A stretch of 64,000 nt of DNA from Eledone cirrhosa. Taxonomy: Eukaryota. Every line of letters begins with the position of its first letter. Position 1 is the stretch's first letter. Below, piece by piece: positions 28,701 through 45,768 of the stretch. The translations under genes were made by a program, and so were the position numbers. Under the pieces are notes generated by a model. It was not told the DNA's origin, did not search any database, and saw only the letters and a program-made list of their open reading frames with translations. The stretch lies in the NCBI GenBank assembly GCA_964016885.1, contig OZ024743.1, positions 317,688,001 to 317,752,000 on the forward strand, given 5' to 3'.

Positions 28701-31700
28701 CATTATATGACAAAAAACATTATATATGACAAAAAACATTATATGACAAAAAACATTATATATGACAAACATTATATGACAAAAAACATATATGACAAAA
28801 AACATTATATGACAAAAACATTATATGACAAAAAACATTATATGACAAAAAACATTATATATGACAAAAAACATTACAAAAAACATTATATATGACAAAA
28901 CATTATATGACAAAAAAACATTATATATGACAAAAAACATTATATGACAAAACATTATATATGACAAAAAACATGACAAACATTATATGACAAAAAACAT
29001 TATATATGACAAAAAACATATGACAAAAAACATATATGACAAAAAACATGACAAAAAACATTATATGACAAAAAACATTATATATGACAAAAAACATTAT
29101 ATATGACAAAAAACATTATATGACAAAAAACATATGACAAAAAACATTATATGACAAAAAACATATATGACAAAAAACATTATATATGACAAAAAACATG
29201 ACAAAATACATTATATGACAAAAAACATATGACAAAAAACATTATATGACAAAAAATATGACAAAAAACATATATGACAAAAAACATTATATATGACAAA
29301 ACATTATATGACAAAAAACATTATATATGACAAAAGACATTGTATGACAAAAAACATTATATATGACAAAAAACATTATATATGACAGAAAACATTATAT
29401 GACAAAAAACATTATATGACAAAAAACATTCTATATGACAAAAAACATTATATGACTAAAACATTATATATGACAAAAAACATGACAAAAAACATTATAT
29501 GACAAAAAACATTATATGACAAAAAACATATATGACAAAAAACATGACAAACACATTATATATGACAACAAACATTATATGACAAAAAACATTATGACAA
29601 AACATTATATATGACAAAAAACATTATATGACAAAAAACATTATATATGACAAAAAACATTATATGACAAAAAACATTATATATGACAAACATTATATGA
29701 CAAAAAACATATATGACAAAAAACATTATATATGACAAAAAACATGACAAAAAACATTATATATGACAAAACATTATATGACAAAAAACATTATATATGA
29801 CAAAAAACATTATATGACAAAACATTATATATGACAAAAAACATGACAATAAACATTATATGACAAAAAACATTATATATGACAAAAAACATATGACAAA
29901 AAACATGACAAAAAACATTATATGATAAAAAACATTATATATGATAAAAAACATTATATGACAAAAAACATGACAAACACTTTATATATGACAACAAACA
30001 TTATATGACAAAAAACATTATGACAAAACATTATATATGACAAAAAACATTATATGACAAAAAACATTATATATGACAAACATTATATGACAAAAAACAT
30101 ATATGACAAAAAACATTATATGACAAAAACATTATATGACAAAAAACATTATATGACAAAAAACATTATATATGACAAAAAACATTACAAAAAACATTAT
30201 ATATGACAAAACATTATATGACAAAAAAACATTATATATGACAAAAAACATTATATGACAAAACATTATATATGACAAAAAACATGACAAACATTATATG
30301 ACAAAAAACATTATATATGACAAAAAACATATGACAAAAAACATATATGACAAAAAACATGACAAAAAACATTATATGACAAAAAACATTATATATGACA
30401 AAAACATTATATGACAAAAAACATTATATGACAAAAAACATATGACAAAAAACATTATATGACAAAAAACATATATGACAAAAAACATTATATATGACAA
30501 AAAACATGACAAAATACATTATATGACAAAAAACATATGACAAAAAACATTATATGACAAAAAATATGACAAAAAACATATATGACAAAAAACATTATAT
30601 ATGACAAAACATTATATGACAAAAAACATTATATATGACAAAAGACATTGTATGACAAAAAAACATTGTATGACAAAAACATTATATATGACAAAAAACA
30701 TTATATGACAAAAAACATTATATAACAAAAAACATTATATATGACAAAAAACATGACAAAAAACATTATATGAGAAAAAACATTATATATGACAAAAAAC
30801 ATGACAAAAAACATTATATATGACAAAAAACATATGACAAAAAACACTATATGACAAAAAACATTATATATGACAAAAAATATTATATGACAAAAAACAT
30901 TATATGACAAAAACATTCTATATGACAAAAAACATTATATATGACAAAAAACATATGACAAAAAACATTATATGACAAATAACATTATATATGACATAAA
31001 ACATTATATGACAAAAAACATTATATGACAAAAAACATATATGACAAAAAACATATATGACAAAAAACATTATATATGACAAAAACATTATATATGACAA
31101 AAAACATATATGACAAAAAACATTATATGACAAAAAACATATAACAAAAAACATTATATATGACATAAAACATTATATATGACAAAAAACATTATATGAC
31201 AAAAAACATGAGAAAAAACATATATGACAAAAAACATTATGACAAAAAACACTATATGACAAAAAACATCATATATGACAAAAAACATTATATAACAAAT
31301 GACATATATGACAAAAAACATTATATATGACAAAAAACATTATATATGACACAATATATGACAAAAACATTATATATGACAAAAAACATATGACAAAAAA
31401 CATTATATGACAAAAAACATTATATATGACAAAAAAACATGACAAAAAACATTATATGACAAAAACATATATGACAAAAAACATGACAAACACATTATAT
31501 ATGACAAGAAACATTATATGACAAAAAACATGACAAAAAACATTATATATGACAAAAAACATTATGACAAAACATTATATATGACAAAAAATATATGACA
31601 AACACATTATATATGACAACAAACATTATATGACAAAAAACATGACAAAAAACATTATATATGACAAAAAACATTATATGACAAAAAACATATGATAAAA

Positions 31701-34700
31701 AACATATATGACAAAAACATTATATATGACAAAAAACATATGACAAAAACATATATGACAAAAAACATTATATATGACAAAAAACACTACATGACAAAAA
31801 ACATTATATGACAAAAAACATATATGACAAAAAACATTATATATGACAAAAAACATTATATATGACAAAAAACATTATATGACAAAAAACATTCTATATG
31901 ACAAAAAACATGGCAAAAAACATTATATATGACAAAACATTATATGACAAAAAACATTATATATAACAAAAGACATTGTATGACAAAAAACATTGTATGA
32001 CAAAAAACATTATATATGACAAAAAACATTATATGACAAAAAAACATATATGACAAAAAACATGACAAAAACATTATATAACAAAAAACATTATATATGA
32101 CAAAAAACATTATATGACAAAAAACATGAGAAAAAACATTATATATGACAAAAAACATTTTATATGACAAAAAACATTATATGACAAAAAACATTATATG
32201 ACAAAAAACATATATGACAAAAAACATTATATATGACAAAAAACATTATATATGACAAAAAACATTATATGACAAAAAACATTATATATGACAAAAAACA
32301 TTATATGACAAAACATTATATATGACAAAAAACATGACAATAAACATTATATGACAAAAACCATTATATATGACAAAAAACATATGACAAAAAACATATA
32401 TGACAAAAAACATGACAAAAAACATATGACAAAAAACATTATATATGACAAAAACATTATATATGACAAAAAACATATGTCAAAAACATATATGACAAAA
32501 AACATATGACAAACATTATATATGACAGAAAACATTATATGACAAAACACATTATATATGACAAAAAACATTATATATGACAAAAAACATTATGTATGAC
32601 AAAAAACATATGACAAAAAACATGACAAAAAACATTATATGACAAAAAACATATATGACAAAAAACATTATATGATAAAAAACATATTACAAAAAACATT
32701 ATATGACAAAAAACATTCTATATGACAAAAAACATTATATGACAAAAAACATATATGACAAAAAACATGACAAAATACATTATATGACAAAAAACATTGT
32801 ATATGACAAAAAACATTATATGACAAAAAACATTATATGACAAAAAACATGACAAAAAACATATATGACAAAAAACATTATATATGACAAAAAACATTAT
32901 ATATGACAAAAAACATTATATATGACAAAAGACATTGTATGACAAAAAACATTGTATGACAAAAAACATTATATATGACAAAAAACATTATATGACAAAA
33001 AACATATATGACATAAAACATTATATGACAAAAAACATTATATAACAAAAAACATTATATATGACAAAAAACATGACAAAAAACATTATATATGACAAAA
33101 AACATTATATGACAAAAAACATATATGACAAAAAACATTATATATGACAAAAAACATGACAAAAAACATGACAAAAAACATGACAAAAAACATGACAAAC
33201 ACATTATATATGACAACAAACATTATATGACAAAAAACATTATGACAAAAAATATTATATATGACTAAAAACATATGACAAAAAACATTATATATGACAA
33301 AAACATTGTATGACAGAAAACACTATATGATAAAAAACATTATGATAAAAAACATATATGACAAAAAACATTATATATGACAAAAAACATTATATATGAC
33401 AAAAAACATTATATATGACAGAAAACATTATATGACAAAAAACATTATATGACAAAAAACATTCTATATGACAAAAAACATTATATGACAAAAACATTAT
33501 ATATGACAAAAAACATGACAAAAAACATTATATGATAAAAAACATTATATATGTCAAAAAACATTATATGACAAAAAACATATATGACAAAAAACATATG
33601 ACAAACACATTATATATGACAACAACCATTATATGACAAAAAACATGTCAAAACATTATATATGACAAAAAACATTATATGACAAAAAACATTATATGAC
33701 AAAAAACATTATATATGACAAACATTATATGACAAAAAACATATATGACAAAAACATTATATGACAAAAAACATTATATGACAAAAAACATTATATATGA
33801 CAAAAAACATGACAAAAAACATTATATATGACAAAACATTATATGACAAAAAACATTATATATGACAAAAAACATTATATGACAAAACATTATATATGAC
33901 AAAAAACATGACAATAAACATTATATGACAAAAAACATTATATATGACAAAAAACATATGACAAAAAACATATATGACAAAAAACATGACAAAAAACATT
34001 ATATGATAAAAAACATTATATATGACAAAAAACATTATATGACAAAAAACATATGACAAACACATTATATATGACAACAAACATTATATGACAAAAAACA
34101 TTATGACAAAACATTATATATGACAAAAAACATATGACAAAAAACATTATATATGACAAAAAACATTATATGACAAAAAACATTATATATGACAAAAAAC
34201 ATTATATATGACAAAAAACATTATATGACAAAACATTATATATGACAAAAAACATGACAATAAACATTATATGACAAAAACCATTATATATGACAAAAAA
34301 CATATGACAAAAAACATATGACAAAAAACATGACAAAAAACATGACAAAAAACATTATATATGACAAAAACATTATATATGACAAAAAACATATGTCAAA
34401 AACATATATGACAAAAAACATATGACAAACATTATATATGACAAAAAACATTATATGACAAAAAACATGACAAAAAACATTATATGACAAAAAACATATA
34501 TGACAAAAAACATTATATGATAAAAAACATATTACAAAAAACATTATATGACAAAAAACATTCTATATGACAAAAAACGTTATATGACAAAAAACATTAT
34601 ATATGACAAAAAACATGACAAAATACATTATATGACAAAAAATTTGTATATGACAAAAAACATTATATGACAAAAAACATTATATGACAAAAAACATATG

Positions 34701-37700
34701 ACAAAAAACATATATGACAAAAAACATTATATATGACAAAATATTATATGACAAAAAACATTATATATGACAAAAAACATTATATATGACAAAAGACATT
34801 GTATGACAAAAAACATTGTATGACAAAAAACATTATATATGACAAAAAACATTATATGACAAAAAACATATATGACATAAAACATTATATGACAAAAAAC
34901 ATTATATAACAAAAAACATTATATATGACAAAAAACATGACAAAAAACATTATATATGACAAAAAACATTATATGACAAAAAACATATATGACAAAAAAC
35001 ATATATGACAAAAAACATTATATGACAAAAAACATTATATATGACAAAAAACATGACAAAAAACATTATATGACAAAAAACATATATGACAAAAAACATG
35101 ACAAACACATTATATATGACAACAAACATTATATGACAAAAAACATTATGAAAAAAAATATTATATATGACAAAAAACATGACAAAAAACATTATATATG
35201 ACAAAAACATTGTATGACAAAAAACACTATATGACAAAAAACATTATATATGACAAAAAACATTATATATGACAGAAAACATTATATGACAAAAAACATT
35301 ATATGACAAAAAACATTCTATATGACAAAAAACATTATATGACTAAAACATTATATATGACAAAAAACATGACAAAAACATTATATGATAAAAAACATAT
35401 ATGACAAAAAACATTATATGACAAAAAACATATATGACAAAAAACATGACAAACACATTATATATGACAACAAACATTATATGACAAAAAACATTATGAC
35501 AAAACATTATATATGACAAAAAACATATATGACAAAAAACATTATATGACAAAAAACATTATATATGACAAACATTATATGACAAAAAACATATATGACA
35601 AAAAACATTATATGACAAAAAACATTATATATGACAAAAAACATGACAAAAAACATTATATATGACAAAACATTATATGACAAAAAACATTATATATGAC
35701 AAAAAACATTATATGACAAAACATTATATATGACAAAAAACATGACAAAAAACATGACAAAAAACATTATATGATAAAAAACATTATATATGATAAAAAA
35801 CATTATATGACAAAAAACATGACAAACACTTTATATATGACAACAAACATTATATGACAAAAAACATTATGACAAAACATTATATATGACAAAAAACATT
35901 ATATGACAAAAAACATTATATATGACAAAAAACGTTATATGACAAAAAAAATTATATATGACAAACATTATATGACAAAAAACATATATGACAAATAACA
36001 TTATATGACAAACACATTATATGACAAAAAACATTATATGACAAAAAACATTATATATGACAAAAAACATTACAAAAAACATTATATATGACAAAACATT
36101 ATATGACAAAAAAACATTTTATATGACAAAACATTATATATGACAAAAAACATGACAAACATTATATGACAAAAAACATTATATATGACAAAAAACATGA
36201 CAAAAAACATATATGACAAAAAACATGACAAAAAACATTATATGACAAAAAACATTATATGACAAAAAACATTATATATGACAAAAAACATTATATGACA
36301 AAAAACATATGACAAAAAACATTATATGACAAAAAACATATATGACAAAAAACATTATATATGACAAAAAACATGACAAAATACATTATATGACAAAAAA
36401 CATATGACAAAAAACATTATATGACAAAAAATATGACAAAAAACATATATGACAAAAAACATTATATATGACAAAACATTATATGACAAAAAACATTATA
36501 TATGACAAAAGACATTGTATGACAAAAAAACATTGTATGACAAAAAACATTATATATGACAAAAAACATTATATGACAAAAAACATTATATAACAAAAAA
36601 CATTATATATGACAAAAAACATGACAAAAAACATTATATGAGAAAAAACATTATATATGACAAAAAACATGACAAAAAACATTATATATGACAAAAAACA
36701 TATGACAAAAAACACTATATGACAAAAAACATTATATATGACAAAAAATATTATATGACAAAAAACATTATATGACAAAAACATTCTATATGACAAAAAA
36801 CATTATATATGACAAAAAACATATGACAAAAAACATTATATGACAAATAACATTATATATGACATAAAACATTATATGACAAAAAACATTATATGACAAA
36901 AAACATATATGACAAAAAACATATATGACAAAAAACATTATATATGACAAAAACATTATATATGACAAAAAACATATATGACAAAAAACATTATATGACA
37001 AAAAACATATAACAAAAAACATTATATATGACATAAAACATTATATATGACAAAAAACATTATATGACAAAAAACATGAGAAAAAACATTATATATGACA
37101 AAAAACATTATGACAAAAAACATGACAAAATACACTATATGACAAAAAACATCATATATGACAAAAAACATCATATAACAAATGACATATATGACAAAAA
37201 ACATTATATATGACAAAAAACATTATATATGACACAATATATGACAAAAAACATTATATATGACAAAAAACATATGACAAAAAACATTATATGACAAACA
37301 TTATATATGACAAAAAACATGACAAAAAACATTATATGACAAAAACATATATGACAAAAAACATGACAAACACATTATATATGACAAGAAACATTATATG
37401 ACAAAAAACATTATGACAAAAAACATTATATATGACAAAAAACATTATGACAAAACATTATATATGACAAAAAATATATGACAAACACATTATATATGAC
37501 AACAAACATTATATGACAAAAAACATGACAAAAAACATATATGACAAAAAACATTATATGACAAAAAACATATGATAAAAAACATATATGACAAAAACAT
37601 TATATATGACAAAAAACATATATGACAAAAAACATTATATATGACAAAAAACACTACATGACAAAAAACATTATATGACAAAAAACACTACATGACAAAA

Positions 37701-40700
37701 AACATTATATGACAAAAAACATATATGACAAAAAACATTATATATGACAAAAAACATTATATATGACAAAAAACATTATATGACAAAAAACATTCTATAT
37801 GACAAAAAACATGGCAAAAAACATTATATATGACAAAACATTATATGACAAAAAACATTATATATGACAAAAAATATTATATGTCAAAACATTATATATG
37901 ACAAAAAACATGACAATAAACATTATATGACAAAAAACATTATATATGACAAAAAACATATGACAAAAAACATATATGACAAAAAACATTATATGATAAA
38001 AAACATTATATATGACAAAAAACATTATATGACAAAAAACATATGACAAACACATTATATATGACAACAAACATTATATGACAAAAAACATTATGACAAA
38101 ACATTATATATGACAAAAAACATATGACAAAAAACATTATATATGACAAAAAACATTATATGACAAAAAACATTATATATGACAAAAAACATGACAAAAA
38201 ACATTATATATGACAAAAAACATTATATGACAAAACATTATATATGACAAAAAACATGACAATAAACATTATATGACAAAAACCATTATATATGACAAAA
38301 AACATATGACAAAAAACATATGACAAAAAACATGACAAAAAACATGACAAAAAACATTATATATGACAAAAACATTATATATGACAAAAAACATATGTCA
38401 AAAACATATATGACAAAAAACATATGACAAACATTATATATGACAAAAAACATTATATGACAAAAAACATGACAAAAAACATTATATGACAAAAAACATA
38501 TATGACAAAAAACATTATATGATAAAAAACATATTACAAAAAACATTATATGACAAAAAACATTCTATATGACAAAAAACGTTATATGACAAAAAACATT
38601 ATATATGACAAAAAACATGACAAAATACATTATATGACAAAAACTTTGTATATGACAAAAAACATTATATGACAAAAAACATTATATGACAAAAAACATA
38701 TGACAAAAAACATATATGACAAAAAACATTATATATGACAAAATATTATATGACAAAAAACATTATATATGACAAAAGACATTGTATGACAAAAAACATT
38801 GTATCACAAAAAACATTATATATGACAAAAAACATTATATGACAAAAAACATATATGACATAAAACATTATATAACAAAAAACATTATATATGACAAAAA
38901 ACATGACAAAAAACATTATATATGACAAAAAACATTATATGACAAAAAACATATATGACAAAAAACATATATGACAAAAAACATTATATGACAAAAAACA
39001 TTATATATGACAAAAAACATGACAAAAAACATTATATGACAAAAAACATATATGACAAAAAACATGACAAACACATTATATATGACAACAAACATTATAT
39101 GACAAAAAACATTATGAAAAAAAATATTATATATGACAAAAAACATGACAAAAAACATTATATATGACAAAAACATTGTATGACAAAAAACACTATATGA
39201 CAAAAAACATTATATATGACAAAAAACATTATATATGACAGAAAACATTATATGACAAAAAACATTATATGACAAAAAACATTCTATATGACAAAAAACA
39301 TTATATGACTAAAACATTATATATGACAAAAAACATGACAAAAACATTATATGATGAAAAACATGACAAAAAACATTATATGACAAAAAACATATATGAC
39401 AAAAAACATGACAAACACATTATATATGACAACAAACATTATATGACAAAAAACATTATGACAAAACATTATATATGACAAAAAACATTATATGACAAAA
39501 AACATTATATATGACAAAAAACATTATATGACAAAAAACATATATGACAAAAAACATTATATGACAAAAAACATTATATATGACAAAAAACATTATATAT
39601 GACAAAACATTATATGACAAAAAACATTATATATGACAAAAAACATTATATGACAAAACATTATATATGACAAAAAACATGACAATAAACATTATATGAC
39701 AAAAAACATTATATATGACAAAAAACATATGACAAAAAACATGACAAAAAACATTATATGATAAAAAACATTATATATGATAAAAAACATTATATGACAA
39801 AAAACATGACAAACACTTTATATATGACAACAAACATTATATGACAAAAAACATTATGACAAAACATTATATATGACAAAAAACATTATATGACAAAAAA
39901 CATTATATATGACAAAAAACATTATATGACAAAAAACATTATATATGACAAACATTATATGACAAAAAACATATATGACAAATAACATTATATGACAAAA
40001 ACATTATATGACAAAAAACATTATATGACAAAAAACATTATATATGACAAAAAACATTACAAAAAACATTATATATGACAAAACATTATATGACAAAAAA
40101 ACATTATATATGACAAAAAACATTATATGACAAAACATTATATATGACAAAAAACATGACAAACATTATATGACAAAAAACATTATATATGACAAAAAAC
40201 ATATGACAAAAAACATATATGACAAAAAACATGACAAAAAACATTATATGACAAAAAACATTATATATGACAAAAACATTATATGACAAAAAACATTATA
40301 TATGACAAAAAACATTATATGACAAAAAACATATGACAAAAAACATTATATGACAAAAAACATATATGACAAAAAACATTATATATGACAAAAAACATGA
40401 CAAAATACATTATATGACAAAAAACATGACAAAAAACATTATATGACAAAAAATATGACAAAAAACATATATGACAAAAAACATTATATATGACAAAACA
40501 TTATATGACAAAAAACATTATATATGACAAAAGACATTGTATGACAAAAAAACATTGTATGACAAAAAACATTATATATGACAAAAAACATTATATGACA
40601 AAAAACATTATATAACAAAAAACATTATATATGACAAAAAACATGACAAAAAACATTATATGAGAAAAAACATTATATATGACAAAAAACATGACAAAAA

Positions 40701-43700
40701 ACATTATATATGACAAAAAACATATGACAAAAAACACTATATGACAAAAAACATTATATATGACAAAAAACATCATATATGACAAAAAACATTATATAAC
40801 AAATGACATATATGACAAAAAACATTATATATGACACAATATATGACAAAAAACATTATATATGACAAAAAACATATGACAAAAAACATTATATGACAAA
40901 CATTATATATGACAAAAAACATGACAAAAAACATTATATGACAAAAACATATATGACAAAAAACATGACAAACACATTATATGACAAAAAACATTATGAC
41001 AAAAAACATTATATATGACAAAAAACATTATGACAAAACATTATATATGACAAAAAATATATGACAAACACATTATATATGACAACAAACATTATATGAC
41101 AAAAAACATGACAAAAAACATATATGACAAAAAACATTATATGACAAAAAACATATGATAAAAAACATATATGACAAAAACATTATATATGACAAAAAAC
41201 ATATGACAAAAAACATATATGACAAAAAACATTATATATGACAAAAAACACTACATGACAAAAAACATTATATGACAAAAAACATATATGACAAAAAACA
41301 TTATATATGACAAAAAACATTATATATGACAAAAAACATTATATGACAAAAAACATTCTATATGACAAAAAACATGGCAAAAAACATTATATATGACAAA
41401 ACATTATATGACAAAAAACATTATATATAACAAAAGACATTGTATGACAAAAAACATTGTATGACAAAAAACATTATATATGACAAAAAACATTATATGA
41501 CAAAAAAACATATATGACAAAAAACATGACAAAAACATTATATAACAAAAAACATTATATATGACAAAAAACATTATATGACAAAAAACATATGACAAAA
41601 AACATATATGACAAAAAACATTATATGACAAAAAACATTATATATGACAAAAAACATGACAAAAAACATTATATGACAAAAAACATATATGACAAAAAAC
41701 ATGACAAACACATTATATATGACAACAAACATTATATGACAAAAAACATTATGAAAAAAAATATTATATATGACAAAAAACATGACAAAAAACATATGAC
41801 AAAAAACATATAACAAAAAACATTATATATGACAAAAACATTGTATGACAAAAAACACTATATGACAAAAAACATTATATATGACAAAAAACATTATGAT
41901 AAAAAACATATATGACAAAAAACATTATATATGACAAAAAACATTATATATGACAGAAAACATTATATGACAAAAAACATTATATGACAAAAAACATTCT
42001 ATATGACAAAAAACATTATATGACTAAAACATTATATATGACAAAAAACATGACAAAAAACATTATATGACAAAAAACATTATATGACAAAAAACATATA
42101 TGACAAAAAACATGACAAACACTATATATATGACAACAAACATTATATGACAAAAAACATTATGACAAAACATTATATATGACAAAAAACATTATATGAC
42201 AAAAAACATTATATATGACAAAAAACATTATATGACAAAAAACATTATATATGACAAACATTATATGACAAAAAACATATATGACAAAAAACATTATATG
42301 ACAAAAAACATTATATATGACAAAAAACATGACAAAAAACATTATATATGACAAAACATTATATGACAAAAAACATTATATATGACAAAAAACATTATAT
42401 GACAAAACATTATATATGACAAAAAACATGACAATAAACATTATATGACAAAAAACATTATATATGACAAAAAACATATGACAAAAAACATGACAAAAAA
42501 CATTATATGATAAAAAACATTATATATGATAAAAAACATTATATGACAAAAAACATGACAAACACTTTATATATGACAACAAACATTATATGACAAAAAA
42601 CATTATGACAAAACATTATATATGACAAAAAACATTATATGACAAAAAACATTATATATGACAAAAAACATTATATGACAAAAAACATTATATATGACAA
42701 ACATTATATGACAAAAAACATATATGACAAAAAACATTATATGACAAAAACATTATATGACAAAAAACATTATATGACAAAAAACATTATATATGACAAA
42801 AAACATTACAAAAAACATTATATATGACAAAACATTATATGACAAAAAAACATTATATATGACAAAAAACATTATATGACAAAATATTATATATGACAAA
42901 AAACATGACAAACATTATATGACAAAAAACATTATATATGACAAAAAACATGACAAAAAACATATATGACAAAAAACATGACAAAAAACATTATATATGA
43001 CAAAAACATTATATGACAAAAAACATTATATATGACAAAAAACATTATATGACAAAAAACATATGACAAAAAACATTATATGACAAAAAACATATATGAC
43101 AAAAAACATTATATATGACAAAAAACATGACAAAATACATTATATGACAAAAAACATATGACAAAAAACATTATATGACAAAAAATATGACAAAAAACAT
43201 ATATGACAAAAAACATTATATATGACAAAACATTATATGACAAAAAACATTATATATGACAAAAGACATTGTATGACAAAAAAACATTGTATGACAAAAA
43301 ACATTATATATGACAAAAAACATTATATGACAAAAAACATTATATAACAAAAAACATTATATATGACAAAAAACATGACAAAAAACATTATATGAGAAAA
43401 AACATTATATATGACAAAAAACATGACAAAAAACATTATATATGACAAAAAACATATGACAAAAAACACTATATGACAAAAAACATTATATATGACAAAA
43501 AATATTATATGACAAAAACATTATATGACAAAAACATTCTATATGACAAAAAACATTATATATGACAAAAAACATATGACAAAAAACATTATATGACAAA
43601 AAACATATGACAAAAAACATATATGACAAAAAACATTATATATGACAAAAACATTATATATGACAAAAAACATATATGACAAAAAACATTATATGACAAA

Positions 43701-45581
43701 AAACATATAACAAAAAACATTATAAATGACATAAAACATTATATATGACAAAAAACATTATATGACAAAAAACATGAGAAAAAACATTATATATGACAAA
43801 AAACATTATGACAAAAAACATGACAAAAAACACTATATGACAAAAAACATCATATATGACAAAAAACATTATATAACAAATGACATATATGACAAAAAAC
43901 ATTATATATGACAAAAAACATTATATATGACACAATATATGACAAAAAACATTATATATGACAAAAAACATATGACAAAAAACATTATATGACAAAAAAC
44001 ATTATATATGACAAAAAAACATGACAAAAAACATTATATGACAAAAACATATATGACAAAAAACATGACAAACACATTATATATGACAAGAAACATTATA
44101 TGACAAAAAACATTATGACAAAAAACATTATATATGACAAAAAACATTATGACAAAACATTATATATGACAAAAAATATATGACAAACACATTATATATG
44201 ACAACAAACATTATATGACAAAAAACATGACAAAAAACATTATATGACAAAAAACATATGATAAAAAACATATATGACAAAAACATTATATATGACAAAA
44301 AACATATGACAAAAAACATATATGACAAAAAACATTATATATGACAAAAAACACTACATGACAAAAAACATTATATGACAAAAAACATATATGACAAAAA
44401 ACATTATATATGACAAAAAACATTATATATGACAAAAAACATTATATGACAAAAAACATTCTATATGACAAAAAACATGGCAAAAAACATTATATATGAC
44501 AAAACATTATATGACAAAAAACATTATATATAACAAAAGACATTGTATGACAAAAAACATTGTATGACAAAAAACATTATATATGACAAAAAACATTATA
44601 TGACAAAAAAACATATATGACAAAAAACATGACAAAAACATTATATAACAAAAAACATTATATATGACAAAAAACATTATATGACAAAAAACATGAGAAA
44701 AAACATTATATATGACAAAAAACATTTTATATGACAAAAAACATTATATGACAAAAAACATTATATGACAAAAAACATATATGACAAAAAACATTATATA
44801 TGACAAAAAACATTATATGACAAAAAACATTATATATGAGAAAAAACATTATATGACAAAAAACGTGACAAAAAACATATATGACAAAAAACATGACAAA
44901 AAACATTATATGACAAAAAACATATGACAAAAAACATATGACAAACACATTATATATGACAAAAACCATTATATGACAAAAAACATGACAAAAAACATAT
45001 ATGACAAAAAACATATATGACAAAAAACACTATATGACAAAAAACATTATATATGACAAAAAACATTATATGACAAAAAACATATGACAAAAAACATGAC
45101 AAAAAACATTATATGACAAAAAACATTATATATGACAAAAAACATATGACAAAAAACATTATATGACAAAAACATTCTATATGACAAAAAACATTATATA
45201 TGACAAAAAACATATGACAAAAAACATTATATGACAAATAACATTATATATGACATAAAACATTATATGACAAAAAACATTATATATGACATAAAACATT
45301 ATATATGACAAAAAACATTATATGACAAAAAACAAGACAAAAAACATATGACAAAAAACACTATATGACAAAAAACATCATATATGACAAAAAACATTAT
45401 ATGACAAAAAACATATATGACAAAAAACATTATATATGACAAAAAACATATATGACAAAAAACATTATATGACAAAAAACATATGACAAAAAACATGATA
45501 TATGACAAAAAACATGACAAAAAACATTATATGACAAAAACATATATGACAAAAAACATATGACAAACATTATATATGACA

Positions 45582-45768
45582 TTGCGGTGGATTGGCAGTA
45601 TCGGTAGAGGGTCTGACGCTATGCTTTGCAGCAAAGAGTTACGCCCCTTTATGGTTTGAGTTCAAATCCCGCCGAGGTTAACTTTGCCTTTCATCCTTAC
45701 GGGGTCGATAAAATAAAGTACCAGTAATGCACTGGATAATTGCTGGCCTTATGCCAAAAGTAGAAACA
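45582..45768 (+). mobile_element. tRNA-derived SINE, copy 1 of 7
   Basis: A-box-like TGGCAGTATCGG, B-box GAGTTCAAATCCC, GCGG/CCGC acceptor-stem remnant, and core GCCTTTCATCCTTACGGGGTCGATAAAATAAAGTACCAG resembling the Deu/Nin SINE domain. Flanked by ATTATATATGACA on both sides. Confidence 0.85.

Noticed and set aside
45582-45680. Functional tRNA gene cluster
   Set aside because: A and B boxes are present, but the region between them does not form a convincing anticodon arm. It continues into a SINE core and has a target duplication.
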